Shown: piece after piece, positions 1 to 10,748 of the stretch
Numbering within the stretch: position 1 is the first letter of the stretch
How the letters are laid out: each line of letters opens with the position of its first letter
IMG/VR virus record: IMGVR_UViG_3300021197_001546
Direction: 5' to 3' (one strand)
DNA: 36,713 nt
Origin: an uncultured virus (IMG/VR IMGVR_UViG_3300021197_001546)
Taxonomy: Duplodnaviria > Heunggongvirae > Uroviricota > Caudoviricetes
The notes under the pieces: generated by a model
The model's input: the letters and a program-made list of their open reading frames with translations, nothing else
The model's database searches: none
Told to the model about the DNA's origin: nothing
Made by a program: the position numbers and the translations under genes

Positions 1-454
1 CGATATCAACTGCGGATAGCATGAAGTCTTCTTGAACTTCGTTTACACCACCCACATTTTTGATTGAACCCATTCCACGGGAAGAAACGCCTAGTTTTGC
101 TCCGCCATCGATAAGATTTTGTACAATCTTTCCGTATGGTGTGTCTAGGATTTTGGCCTCACCGTATACATCATTACCTTCGTAACGAAGATCGTTGATT
201 AAGTGCGATACTCTTTCGAGGTTTACAGTTGGACCGTCTGGATGACCCAGTTCGCCTAGTGCTCTGCTTCCCTTGACATACTTATCAATGTAGCGATTGG
301 TTTCACCGAAAAGGGTATCTCTTCCATATCTTCTACCATTACGGTTTACTTTTTCTGCTTGCATGAAGATACCTTTGATGGAATAGTTTTTCTTTCCATC
401 TGTTTCCTCGCAAACAAGTTGGACATCTTCGTTGACTTCAGTGATTAGTAACAT
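1..454 (-). CDS. gp21: Prohead core protease (T4 gp21-like), 3' end runs off the window
   Basis: Not in the ORF track. My translation from the ATG at 454 is MLLITEVNEDVQLVCEETDGKKNYSIKGIFMQAEKVNRNGRRY...ALGELGHPDGPTVNLERVSH...AKILDTPYGKIV...LGVSSRGMGS. GELGHP and GVSSRG are the gp21 catalytic His/Ser motifs. The start overlaps the upstream stop (TGATG). Confidence 0.96.
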   Translation of the reverse strand, partial: MLLITEVNEDVQLVCEETDGKKNYSIKGIFMQAEKVNRNGRRYGRDTLFGETNRYIDKYVKGSRALGELGHPDGPTVNLERVSHLINDLRYEGNDVYGEAKILDTPYGKIVQNLIDGGAKLGVSSRGMGSIKNVGGVNEVQEDFMLSAVDI

Positions 455-1380
455 CAGTTGCCTTTCCTTGCAGCAATCGCTGCTTTGATTGCTTTGTCTC
501 TTGAACCCATGAATTCCTGAGAACCAGTTTCAATCTTTCCGTCACCATCGTGATCTTTCTTAGCCTTTTTACTTCTCTTCTTTTGATTCTTCATCGCTTG
601 CTTGCGGACATCTTTCAGACTTCCGCCCATGGCTTCGTCTATTTCAACTTCTTCTTTCTTAGTTTCGGAACTCTTCTTTGCGTCTTCTCGACCCTTTTTA
701 ACCTTGGCTTTCATGCCAGATCTAGTAGTTCCTATTTTAGCAAGCATTGCTTTATATTCATCGCGGCTAATGCTACGAGTTCCGACTAAAGGCATTTCAC
801 TCATGTCCTCCACGGACTCTCCTACCTTATGACCCTTGTGCTTCTTGTGAAGAAGGTGATCGTGTTCACCGTCCTTTGAATCGGACTCAAACTCGTCTCT
901 CATCTTGGAAGCAACAGCCTTTCGGGTTGCGACCGAGAAGCGATGACCATGATCCTTGTGGTAGCGATCAGCGGCATCTTTTGCAGCGTGACCGAAGGCT
1001 TTATGTGCCTTATCACTATCATAGGTTCCAGAGGCTTGCTTGTTGCGAAGGTTCTTATGAATAGGAGTCATACGCTGACGGTGAAGATCGGCATGATTGG
1101 AAGCATAGAGGTGAAGTTCACGGGTATCGTGATCATCACCTTCGCCAATATTCATTCCTTCGAGATCTTCTTCGTATTGGTCATTGTACATCTCTTCGAT
1201 GTCATCATCATCCCATACATCATCTTCGCAGGATTCGCAAACATTCCATGTCTCGTCGGTAACGTCCTGAATACGAGACTCGATGAGTTCGTGGACTCTT
1301 CGGTTGAGTTCTTCTTTGAGCATATCGGAAAACTCGGTGAAGTTTCCGTCGATCGCTGCTTCAGTCATCTTCTCGTTCAT
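454..1380 (-). CDS. 308-aa putative prohead core/internal head protein: gp67-like N-terminus, acidic linker, His-rich module, Lys-rich modules and a C-terminal DxDxDG motif
   Basis: The track ORF is 454..1503. The likelier start is the ATG at 1380 (MNEKMTEAA), preceded by AAGGAG, which avoids a long overlap with the upstream gene. It lies between portal and gp21, where T4 has the core genes 67/68. Confidence 0.65.
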   Translation of the reverse strand: MNEKMTEAAIDGNFTEFSDMLKEELNRRVHELIESRIQDVTDETWNVCESCEDDVWDDDDIEEMYNDQYEEDLEGMNIGEGDDHDTRELHLYASNHADLHRQRMTPIHKNLRNKQASGTYDSDKAHKAFGHAAKDAADRYHKDHGHRFSVATRKAVASKMRDEFESDSKDGEHDHLLHKKHKGHKVGESVEDMSEMPLVGTRSISRDEYKAMLAKIGTTRSGMKAKVKKGREDAKKSSETKKEEVEIDEAMGGSLKDVRKQAMKNQKKRSKKAKKDHDGDGKIETGSQEFMGSRDKAIKAAIAARKGN

Positions 1381-1564
1381 CTTCGTTATCTCCTTCTTCG
1401 GAATCTGTTTGGTTTTGCATGAGAGATGAAGACATAGAAATTTCTGCATCTCTAAGTCTTTCGGAAACTTTAGTGGAGATCGCTCTCTTAAACGAATCTT
1501 CAAAGTCTACAACGTTGCTGTCTACAACAGCCTTGAACATGTCACTGTATTCATTTTCTGGCAT
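1361..1564 (-). CDS. gp67: Prohead core protein, gp67-like (67 aa)
   Basis: The start is re-set to the ATG at 1564 (GGAG 6 nt upstream). The product is a small helical protein with an acidic tail (EEGDNEDEREDD), directly after the portal as for T4 gp67. Confidence 0.65.
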   Translation of the reverse strand: MPENEYSDMFKAVVDSNVVDFEDSFKRAISTKVSERLRDAEISMSSSLMQNQTDSEEGDNEDEREDD

Positions 1565-3095
1565 TAGGATCTCCAAATTCATCATCTACGGGAGGATCTT
1601 CCTCCCTTTCTTTATCTATCTGTTTCTTCATTTCGTCAGCCTCTTCTTCCGTCAAACGAAGGATTTTCTTGTACACATATTCCTTCGAGAAGTATTGACC
1701 GATGAATTCACCCACATCTCGCATCATTTCGATACGCTCTTTCATAATTTCTGTTTCTTTGAGTTCACTGAAGTAATTATCACGGTTATAGTCGAAGAGT
1801 ATATCCTGAGTGATATCTTCAAACTCTTCTTTGCTCATGACACCTTTGATTACAAGTTGTGTTCTCAAAAGATTAATAAACAGTTCATTGAACTTGGTTC
1901 GAAGTCGTTCTACAAACTTGTAAAACTTCACTTCGTCTCTAGAGATCTCGGCAGATCTACCCATGTTGAAGCCATTATCTGCTTCCATACGGGAGGTGGG
2001 AACATGAAGAGCCTGATATAGTCTCTTCTTGAAGTATTCTACATCTTCCATCTCGCCCAGATTCTGACCACCGTCAAGGGTGGTGATCTCGGTTCCTCTG
2101 CCACCTTCACGGCGAGGCATCCAATAGTCTTCAAGCATAGACATATGCTTACGGTCGTCACGCATCTCACCACTACTTGCATCGTAAACTAACTTATTAC
2201 GATAACGATTCATAATATCTCGGAGATATTGTTCGGCTTTATTCTTCGGGAGATTACCGACATCCACATAGAAGACACGACGCTCGGGAGCACGGGAGAT
2301 TCGATAGATGACAACGGCGTCTTCAATCATACGAAGTTGATTCAGCGGTTTGATTGCCTTCTGGAGATATCCGAAAACTCTTCTTCGTGTGGAATCATAC
2401 AGACCAGAATTGATGTAACAGATTGCATCGGGAAGGATTTTCAGTCCAGTGTCCATTCCTCCTGCATTTGCCTGCTGTCCTGCTGTATTTGTTCCCGTTT
2501 GTCTCTCGTTATAGATGTAAAATTCTTCCGTGTCTCCGTATAGAGTAACGGGCATGGAACTGTTATCTTGTATCGGCTTCTTTTTTACGCTCTTTACCTT
2601 TCGGATCTTAGTCGGATCGATAGGTCGTATCTCAACGATCCCCTTTTTGGGCGACTTAGGATCCAAAATCATATGGTAATAAAGCCGACTCTCGGTATAC
2701 CACTTGCGGAAAATTTCATGACCACGAGAACGAAAACGAAGAAGTTTGAGAACTCCATCGAATTCTTCATGTACTCTCTTTTTAATGTTTGTCGATAATG
2801 AAGTTTTGTCTAGATTGAGACTGATAGCAACTCGCTCATCATCAAACACTAAGGAGTCATTGCAAATATCATCGATGGCCATTTCTACCTCGGGGTGAAG
2901 GGCCATATCTCGATACTTGTAGATTAGATCGATATCGTTCTTAACATACGGATCAAAATCAAGGTAGGAGCCGTAAAAGCCCCCACCTTGAACGATTGAT
3001 GCGCCATCTTCTGTGTCAGGTGGTACGAATGATACTACCTTGTCCGAGTCAGATTTTGCTTTCTCGATATTGTAACCAAACAAGTTAATCGGCAT
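1551..3095 (-). CDS. gp20: Portal vertex protein
   Basis: 514 aa with the T4-portal motifs YRDMALHPEV, NQLRMIEDAVVIYRISRAPERRVFYVDVGNLPK, MLEDYWMPRREGGRGTEITTL and EISRDEVKF. Confidence 0.98.
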   Translation of the reverse strand: MPINLFGYNIEKAKSDSDKVVSFVPPDTEDGASIVQGGGFYGSYLDFDPYVKNDIDLIYKYRDMALHPEVEMAIDDICNDSLVFDDERVAISLNLDKTSLSTNIKKRVHEEFDGVLKLLRFRSRGHEIFRKWYTESRLYYHMILDPKSPKKGIVEIRPIDPTKIRKVKSVKKKPIQDNSSMPVTLYGDTEEFYIYNERQTGTNTAGQQANAGGMDTGLKILPDAICYINSGLYDSTRRRVFGYLQKAIKPLNQLRMIEDAVVIYRISRAPERRVFYVDVGNLPKNKAEQYLRDIMNRYRNKLVYDASSGEMRDDRKHMSMLEDYWMPRREGGRGTEITTLDGGQNLGEMEDVEYFKKRLYQALHVPTSRMEADNGFNMGRSAEISRDEVKFYKFVERLRTKFNELFINLLRTQLVIKGVMSKEEFEDITQDILFDYNRDNYFSELKETEIMKERIEMMRDVGEFIGQYFSKEYVYKKILRLTEEEADEMKKQIDKEREEDPPVDDEFGDPNARK

Positions 3096-3113
3096 AAATT
3101 AATCACTTTCATA

Positions 3114-3722
3114 TCATAGAGCGTTTTCGGGATCAGTGTTGGTATCAGCATCAGTTGGTCTTGTTTTATCTGATGCACTACCCTGTCCCGTACTTGCTAA
3201 CCAATACTGGTACTGTAGAGTAACAGTAAATTCACCAATTGTGCTTTCATTATCCGAACTGACGGAAACTGAACTAATGCTTTCTGGGTAAGCACCTACG
3301 AAGTTGTAGGTTTTAATTGCGTTACCCTGTCTATTTAGGGACGAAACCTTCCAGTCACAGAACACATCAGTGTTAAAACCAGAACCAGCACTAGTGAAGA
3401 ATCCGCCCTGAACGTCAGGAGTGTTTGCTTCGAACTGGTTGATAAGGTTGGACCAGGCTTCAAACTTGTTGCGTAGTTCATAATCACCATCCATAAGAAT
3501 AGTTAATGACCATGAATCGAACGAACGATCACCTGGCATTTTGATCGTGCGACCACGGTATGGAACGCTGACTATACCAAGGTTAGCAGCAGGAAGTTCT
3601 GCTGCCTTCACAAGAAAGCGAGTCTTATTACTTGTGTTTGCACCAATCTTACCTTCGACCACGAAGAGGTTCGTACGAACGCCACCTTGAGTCAATGCAG
3701 ATTGGAAGTTCTTAATATTCAT
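3114..3722 (-). CDS. gp19: Tail tube protein
   Basis: 202 aa with GGVRTNLF, FLVKAAELPA, VPYRGRTIKMPGDRSFDSW and EFTVTLQYQYW. It lies between sheath and portal and has an AAAGGAG RBS. Confidence 0.95.
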   Translation of the reverse strand: MNIKNFQSALTQGGVRTNLFVVEGKIGANTSNKTRFLVKAAELPAANLGIVSVPYRGRTIKMPGDRSFDSWSLTILMDGDYELRNKFEAWSNLINQFEANTPDVQGGFFTSAGSGFNTDVFCDWKVSSLNRQGNAIKTYNFVGAYPESISSVSVSSDNESTIGEFTVTLQYQYWLASTGQGSASDKTRPTDADTNTDPENAL

Positions 3723-3744
3723 CTAGGAATCTCCTTTGGGTTGC

Positions 3745-3762
3745 GGGGCCCCGAAGGGCCCC
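3745..3762 (-). promoter_or_regulatory. Perfect intergenic C(UUCG)G tetraloop hairpin between gp18 and gp19
   Basis: The minus strand reads GGGGCCC-TTCG-GGGCCCC immediately after the gp18 TGA TAA. There are 7 G-C pairs and no following U-tract. Confidence 0.85.
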
Positions 3763-3765
3763 TTA

Positions 3766-5715
3766 TCATCCACCGACCTCTTCGAACGAAACGCCACTAG
3801 CAGTAGCAACGAAGTTCAACTGAATAAAGTTAATAGAGCGAGTTGGTTTGATGTAGATGTCAGCAACAAACTCATTTCTATCTATAACGCTGCCAGGGTT
3901 GTTTGACTCATTACATACAACTTTAAAGTCAGTTATACCTCTACGAGCCTGAACGTCGCGGAGGAATGGAACGACTAGGTTGCGGAACTGCGAGCGAGTA
4001 AACTCGTCGTTGAACTCGAAGAGTTGGAACTTGGCAGCAGTGGCGATTGCCTTCTCCAGAATGATGAAGAGGCGTCGGACGTTAATTCTATCAAACGCAC
4101 TTGGTTTGGTTTGTAGAGTCTTATCGCCAAAGAGAACAGTACCTTCGCCGGGGAAGGAAACAACAGGATTAATGTTATTTTTATAAAGTTCATCTCTGTG
4201 TGTCTGCTTGGGGTTGAAAGCGAGTTTCACAACTCCGCGAATTTGACCACGGTTGAAACCTGCGGGTGAGAACCAAGCCTCATTTTCTTGTTCGGTGCGA
4301 GCAAGAAGTCCAGCAATATCGCCGTTTAGTGGAACGTATCTGTAGATACCGTTGAAGTTGTCGTACATGTACTTGTAACCACTATCCATAACGGCGTAGG
4401 ACGAACTCTTATTGAGAGTATTCTTACGGTAGTTGATGGCGTTAGTGGTAGCGACTCCTGCTTCTTTGTTAATGTAATCAGCAGAAGTTACGGGTGACAC
4501 GAACGCCATGCAATCTTTACGAGCATCGCACAGATCAATGATTAGACTCTGAACTGTGGAACTTGCAGGTCCACCAAGAATGAGCGAAACATCGACAGTT
4601 TCTGGGTCCGAAAATTTGTCATATCCGCTAGTGTACAGTTGAGTCTCTGCTTCAGAGGCAGTAACTCCACCTCCACTTAGAGCGACTCCATAATAACCCG
4701 CACTACTTAACGTTGTGCTAGTCGCTATGTTGGCAAAGGTAGTGTTAGCCTTCAATTTACTTGCACCACTATAGAGACTGGTGTTGGCCGTGCTTCCAGC
4801 CCAAACATAAGCACTCTGATTGTTGATTATGTCCTGATAGAAGTTACTTTCTCCCGAGAACTTTTTGGCATCAGATGCTTTAGAAAGACCCTCGAAAGTT
4901 TCAAGAACTGAACCTTTGACCCCAGTCCATGCTCCAGTGTGATCAACTACAGCAATATTAATAACATCATTAGTTCCTCCTGCTTTATCTACATCTTCAG
5001 TGGTGGGATCAAAAGAGGAGAATAAGTTTCGGAATTTGGATTCAAGAGTTGCACCAGTGAGAGAACTAACTGCAACTTCTAAACTAGTTACGGGGGTAAT
5101 CTGTGCAACAGTCGCACCTGAAATCGCAGTTTTGATTGTAACGGACTGACCAGTTGGGAGTCTGATGATATCCCCAATCTGAGCAGTGATTCCTAATGTT
5201 CCTACTCCCGTGCTTAAGAACATACTTGAAGATCCTACACTAAGAGTGTTTCCTAGAGTAGTTGCATCTCCAACGCTGATTCCTACAATACCATCACCGG
5301 CAACGCTACCATCAAACACATGAACGGCGAGTGCATTTCCAAGAGGTCCTGCGTACTTAGCATAAAATGCATTATCTGTTCTGGCAGCAGACTCGAAATC
5401 TGTTTCATTTTTAATTAAAACACCCGTGCCGCTAGTGGTAGAATTCTTAGCGTTAGTTCCTACAGTACGAACAACCTTAAGGTTGTTTCCGTATCCGAGG
5501 AAGTTAGCAGCAGTGAAAAAATATCCAAAAGTGTCATCGTCTGGACCACCGAACCTTCTTTTGAGGGTGTTTACAGAATCGACTAGGGTAATCTCCTCAG
5601 CAGGACCCCACTGAAAAACACCCGCCATACCTGCGGCTGTTGTGGCTACTGCTGGGACGATCGTCGTCAGATCGATTTCTGTGACGTTAACGCCTGGGCT
5701 GACTTGAAATCCCAT
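3766..5715 (-). CDS. gp18: Contractile tail sheath protein
   Basis: 649 aa with the N-terminus SPGVNVTEIDLT and the motifs FQWGP, WFSPAGFNRG, FGDKT...SAFDRINVRRLF and IKPTRSINFIQLNFVA. Confidence 0.98.
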   Translation of the reverse strand: MGFQVSPGVNVTEIDLTTIVPAVATTAAGMAGVFQWGPAEEITLVDSVNTLKRRFGGPDDDTFGYFFTAANFLGYGNNLKVVRTVGTNAKNSTTSGTGVLIKNETDFESAARTDNAFYAKYAGPLGNALAVHVFDGSVAGDGIVGISVGDATTLGNTLSVGSSSMFLSTGVGTLGITAQIGDIIRLPTGQSVTIKTAISGATVAQITPVTSLEVAVSSLTGATLESKFRNLFSSFDPTTEDVDKAGGTNDVINIAVVDHTGAWTGVKGSVLETFEGLSKASDAKKFSGESNFYQDIINNQSAYVWAGSTANTSLYSGASKLKANTTFANIATSTTLSSAGYYGVALSGGGVTASEAETQLYTSGYDKFSDPETVDVSLILGGPASSTVQSLIIDLCDARKDCMAFVSPVTSADYINKEAGVATTNAINYRKNTLNKSSSYAVMDSGYKYMYDNFNGIYRYVPLNGDIAGLLARTEQENEAWFSPAGFNRGQIRGVVKLAFNPKQTHRDELYKNNINPVVSFPGEGTVLFGDKTLQTKPSAFDRINVRRLFIILEKAIATAAKFQLFEFNDEFTRSQFRNLVVPFLRDVQARRGITDFKVVCNESNNPGSVIDRNEFVADIYIKPTRSINFIQLNFVATASGVSFEEVGG

Positions 5716-5768
5716 ATTAATCTCCTTTGATTAGGACCGTCTTATTTCATATTCAAACGGATCATTTT

Positions 5769-5776
5769 TATTTAGG
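5769..5776 (-). promoter_or_regulatory. Putative late promoter (CCTAAATA) upstream of gp18
   Basis: This is an intergenic TAAATA core, a variant of the T4 gp55-dependent TATAAATA box, about 55 nt upstream of the gp18 ATG. Confidence 0.7.
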
Positions 5777-5788
5777 ATTTCTCTGTGT

Positions 5789-7912
<2,124 letters not shown>

Positions 7913-7916
<4 letters not shown>

Positions 7917-8758
7917 ATTGTATTACCCAGAATATCTATACCAGGTCCTCCTGTATTCCCCGCCGTATAACCATAAACATAAAGTTGTGTGTCTGCGGAG
8001 AACCCAGTGACGAGGTTCGAGTCTGCTCCGCTGGGTCCAGTGACACCAATATCTACGCGAGAAAGTGCTCCTGTTGCACCAGTGATTCCACCCGTGCTGG
8101 TAAAGTCGGCAAGGAAATTTGTAATGATGATATCCTTGATAACCTTGCCTTCTTTGATAGGACCATACACATAAGACTTTGCAGTGAAGTTAATATCGAA
8201 TGTTAGAAGCCGCGTAGATTCAAGATCTCCATCATATTCGTCTGTTTGACTGACACTATTGATTACGATAGGAACATCGATGCTTGTGTTGAGATCATTC
8301 ACTTTCATCGTGATTGTAAATTCTGGCGTGAAGAACGGAAGAATTTGTTCTACTATCTGTAAACCATCATCCATATTTCTGGCGAAAATGGAAACAGTAA
8401 AATCAAAAGTGTAGGGAACTTCTGAGAAGTTACTTCGTATGTAAGTACCTTCTTGAGTTGCTCCAGTCGTCAGTCTCTTCTGTAACGTGTTTCTTTTTCG
8501 GCTGCTATCATAAGCAAACCCTGTCATCTCAAACCCGAGACGGGGAGTGGTGACTCTAGTTTTAGGATCATCACTGATAGAACTTGGCTGACGAAGACGA
8601 ACTAGAAACTTTTCTTTAGATCCATAACCCAAAGGAACTCGTATGGTTTCTTTGACAGACCCATCGGCATTGTATCTCTTCACATCAATTTCGTTGAAGA
8701 GAGTTCCGAATGCTACAACTAATTTCCTAACCGTGTTGTGATAAAAATGTCCAAACAT
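7913..8758 (-). CDS. gp15: Tail sheath stabiliser / tail terminator
   Basis: FYHNTVRKLVVAFGTLFN, VPLGYGSKEKF, PRLGFEM and DGLQIVEQILPFFTP, followed by a Gly/Thr-rich C-terminal extension. Confidence 0.93.
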
Positions 8759-9681
8759 TAGAAGTTACCCTCCGAGAATGGATCTGTTTCCGTGAAGTCA
8801 ATCAGATCATTTTTATCAGCGAATTTGTCTATTGATGAACTATCGTTATAACCATCCTGACCAACGATAGTGTCGGATGTAGCCTGTGAAGATAGTGCAT
8901 AGATGGTTCCCGAATCGCCACCAACAACATTCGTTCCGTTACTAAACGCAGAAGAGTCGAGAATGAGTTCGTCCGCGTTTGCATCTGTTCTTCCCTTGAC
9001 CTGATCGATCCGAAGAACCTTTGTGCTGGAGTTCCAATCGACAACAACTGCTGTTGCCGTAGCAAGAGCAAGAGAAGCACCCTGATATATGGTCTCTCCG
9101 TCGAAGTAATCTGCTGTGGTTCCGACAAGAGATCCCATCGTGAGATCAATAGCAAGAGTATTCTCGTTGCCCTCAACCTCATCGATCTCAGAGAAACCAG
9201 TGTCCATGTCCTGATGACTGTAGTTGAAGAGTTCGCATGATAGTTTATAGGTGTACAACTTACCTAGTTGATAGAATGGATTTTCATGTTCTACGAACTT
9301 GATTTCGAACACACCCTTGGTCAAAGGAAAGTAAACCAGATCACCCTCTCTCGGTCGAGTGATCTCTGAATCATGAGAAAATGATTCTTCGAATCTTCTT
9401 TTAGATACTACCAGTTCTACTGTATCACGAATCTCAAGGCCGAACTTGCTGATGAAATCTCCGTCACCACCAAAACCATCAACCGACTGAATATACATTT
9501 CAATCTCGACACCATTTTCAAATTTAGAAATGGTATCTTCGCCAAACAGTTGATCTTCGTTCACGAGAGTACGAGGAATATACACCATATCACGACCATG
9601 AATCTTTATAGTTTCAATGGTCAAGTCGTGGAGAAGATCGTTCTCTGTATTTACGTCTCTGAAGTAACTGTTCTTTGCCAT
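8758..9681 (-). CDS. gp14: Neck protein (head-tail connector)
   Basis: YIPRTLV, FISKFGLEIRD, RPREGDLVYFP, FEIKFVEHENPFYQLGK and a C-terminal DFTETDPF. Confidence 0.95.
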   Translation of the reverse strand: MAKNSYFRDVNTENDLLHDLTIETIKIHGRDMVYIPRTLVNEDQLFGEDTISKFENGVEIEMYIQSVDGFGGDGDFISKFGLEIRDTVELVVSKRRFEESFSHDSEITRPREGDLVYFPLTKGVFEIKFVEHENPFYQLGKLYTYKLSCELFNYSHQDMDTGFSEIDEVEGNENTLAIDLTMGSLVGTTADYFDGETIYQGASLALATATAVVVDWNSSTKVLRIDQVKGRTDANADELILDSSAFSNGTNVVGGDSGTIYALSSQATSDTIVGQDGYNDSSSIDKFADKNDLIDFTETDPFSEGNF

Positions 9682-9682
9682 A

Positions 9683-10456
9683 TTATCCTACCATAAAATC
9701 TGGAGGTAACTCGTATCGAAGTGACATTTCTTCTTCCAACTTGTCCAGTCTTTCCCTGGCTTCGTCCATAATTTGTCTACCATTGAACTGTACACCACCA
9801 GGCAATTGGATTCCGTCATACTTGGAAAGGTTTGCACCCCACTGATATCTGAATGATTCTGTGGTATACTTCAGAAGGAACTTATCTTTATAGATCTCGC
9901 CATAAGTTTCGGGATCAATCTTCGAATAACATTCAAAGACTAAGTTGGTTCCTGGCTCTACATCTTCGTCCCAATTCATGTCCACATATAATTTATTTGT
10001 TACACGAGTGAAACGAATCATTTTCTCTGGATCGAGCATTTGCTGAAGGAGGGAGAGGTGATTCTTTGTCATGACATAGTTTGAAATGCTGCCCATGCCT
10101 GTACGGATTCCGTAGAAATCATTCAGTGCCATTTGGTAACGAACATCAAACATATTGACAGTGCTTTCAGAAAACTGAAAGAGTCTGACGATTGTCATGA
10201 TAGAAGGGTCGATAGCATCGGTAGAAATATAACCACCGTTCAGATCTGTTTTGCTTCTGTCGATATCGTCTTGAGTTACCTCATACTTATAGTATCGCTT
10301 TTCGACACCGTCGAAATGATACTCTGCAAAAAGGGAGAGAGCATCATCAATACGATCCTCTAGTTGAGAATCGTCCACGTTTATTTCGATGACGGGGGCG
10401 CCTAGTTTTCGAAGACAATACTGCTTGAGATCTTCTCTGGTTGTGGGTAATGCCAT
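9683..10456 (-). CDS. gp13: Neck protein
   Basis: PTTREDLKQYCLRKLGAPVIEINVDDSQLEDRID, YHFDG and QWGANLSKYDGIQLPGGVQFNG. Confidence 0.96.
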   Translation of the reverse strand: MALPTTREDLKQYCLRKLGAPVIEINVDDSQLEDRIDDALSLFAEYHFDGVEKRYYKYEVTQDDIDRSKTDLNGGYISTDAIDPSIMTIVRLFQFSESTVNMFDVRYQMALNDFYGIRTGMGSISNYVMTKNHLSLLQQMLDPEKMIRFTRVTNKLYVDMNWDEDVEPGTNLVFECYSKIDPETYGEIYKDKFLLKYTTESFRYQWGANLSKYDGIQLPGGVQFNGRQIMDEARERLDKLEEEMSLRYELPPDFMVG

Positions 10457-10458
10457 TT

Positions 10459-10496
10459 TAGATTCTCCTTTATATTATTATGTAGGAGACAGTCTA
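10459..10496 (-). promoter_or_regulatory. Putative late promoter CCTACATA (10479-10486) inside an anti-SD hairpin over the gp13 RBS
   Basis: The minus strand reads TAGA-ctg-TCTCCT-acataataatataa-AGGAGA-a-TCTA-aaATG. TCTCCT is complementary to the SD AGGAGA. Confidence 0.6.
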
Positions 10497-10748
10497 CCTC
10501 TCACTGTGTAAATAGGCTTTTAAATAGATCATATCACTTGCTCGGGTCAAATATCTGTCTGCTTCCCTACATTTATTTGGTTCAGATTTCGATACTCTTC
10601 CATTGGATAGAGTGTGACGAATATTTGGTTCGTACACTCGCATCCATTTTGGATCATACGGGTAATCGGGTTCAATCTTCAAAAACAAGTCTATATCAAA
10701 GTGTTTGCCGTTAATAGAAACTGTATTCTCCGTCTGAACAAATTTCAC
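10494..10748 (-). CDS. Hypothetical 84-aa protein, possibly a fibre assembly companion
   Basis: It has an ATGA overlap with the upstream LamG gene and fills the gap to gp13. Function is inferred from position only. Confidence 0.6.
   Translation of the reverse strand: MKFVQTENTVSINGKHFDIDLFLKIEPDYPYDPKWMRVYEPNIRHTLSNGRVSKSEPNKCREADRYLTRASDMIYLKAYLHSER

Noticed and set aside
1381..1503. N-terminal 41 aa of the 349-aa track ORF
   Set aside because: It overlaps the gp67-like gene. The ATG at 1380 has a strong SD and begins the gp67-like domain.
3725..3735. AGGA-GAT-TCCT mini inverted repeat over the gp19 SD
   Set aside because: Only 4 bp with a 3-nt loop, too weak to claim as regulatory.
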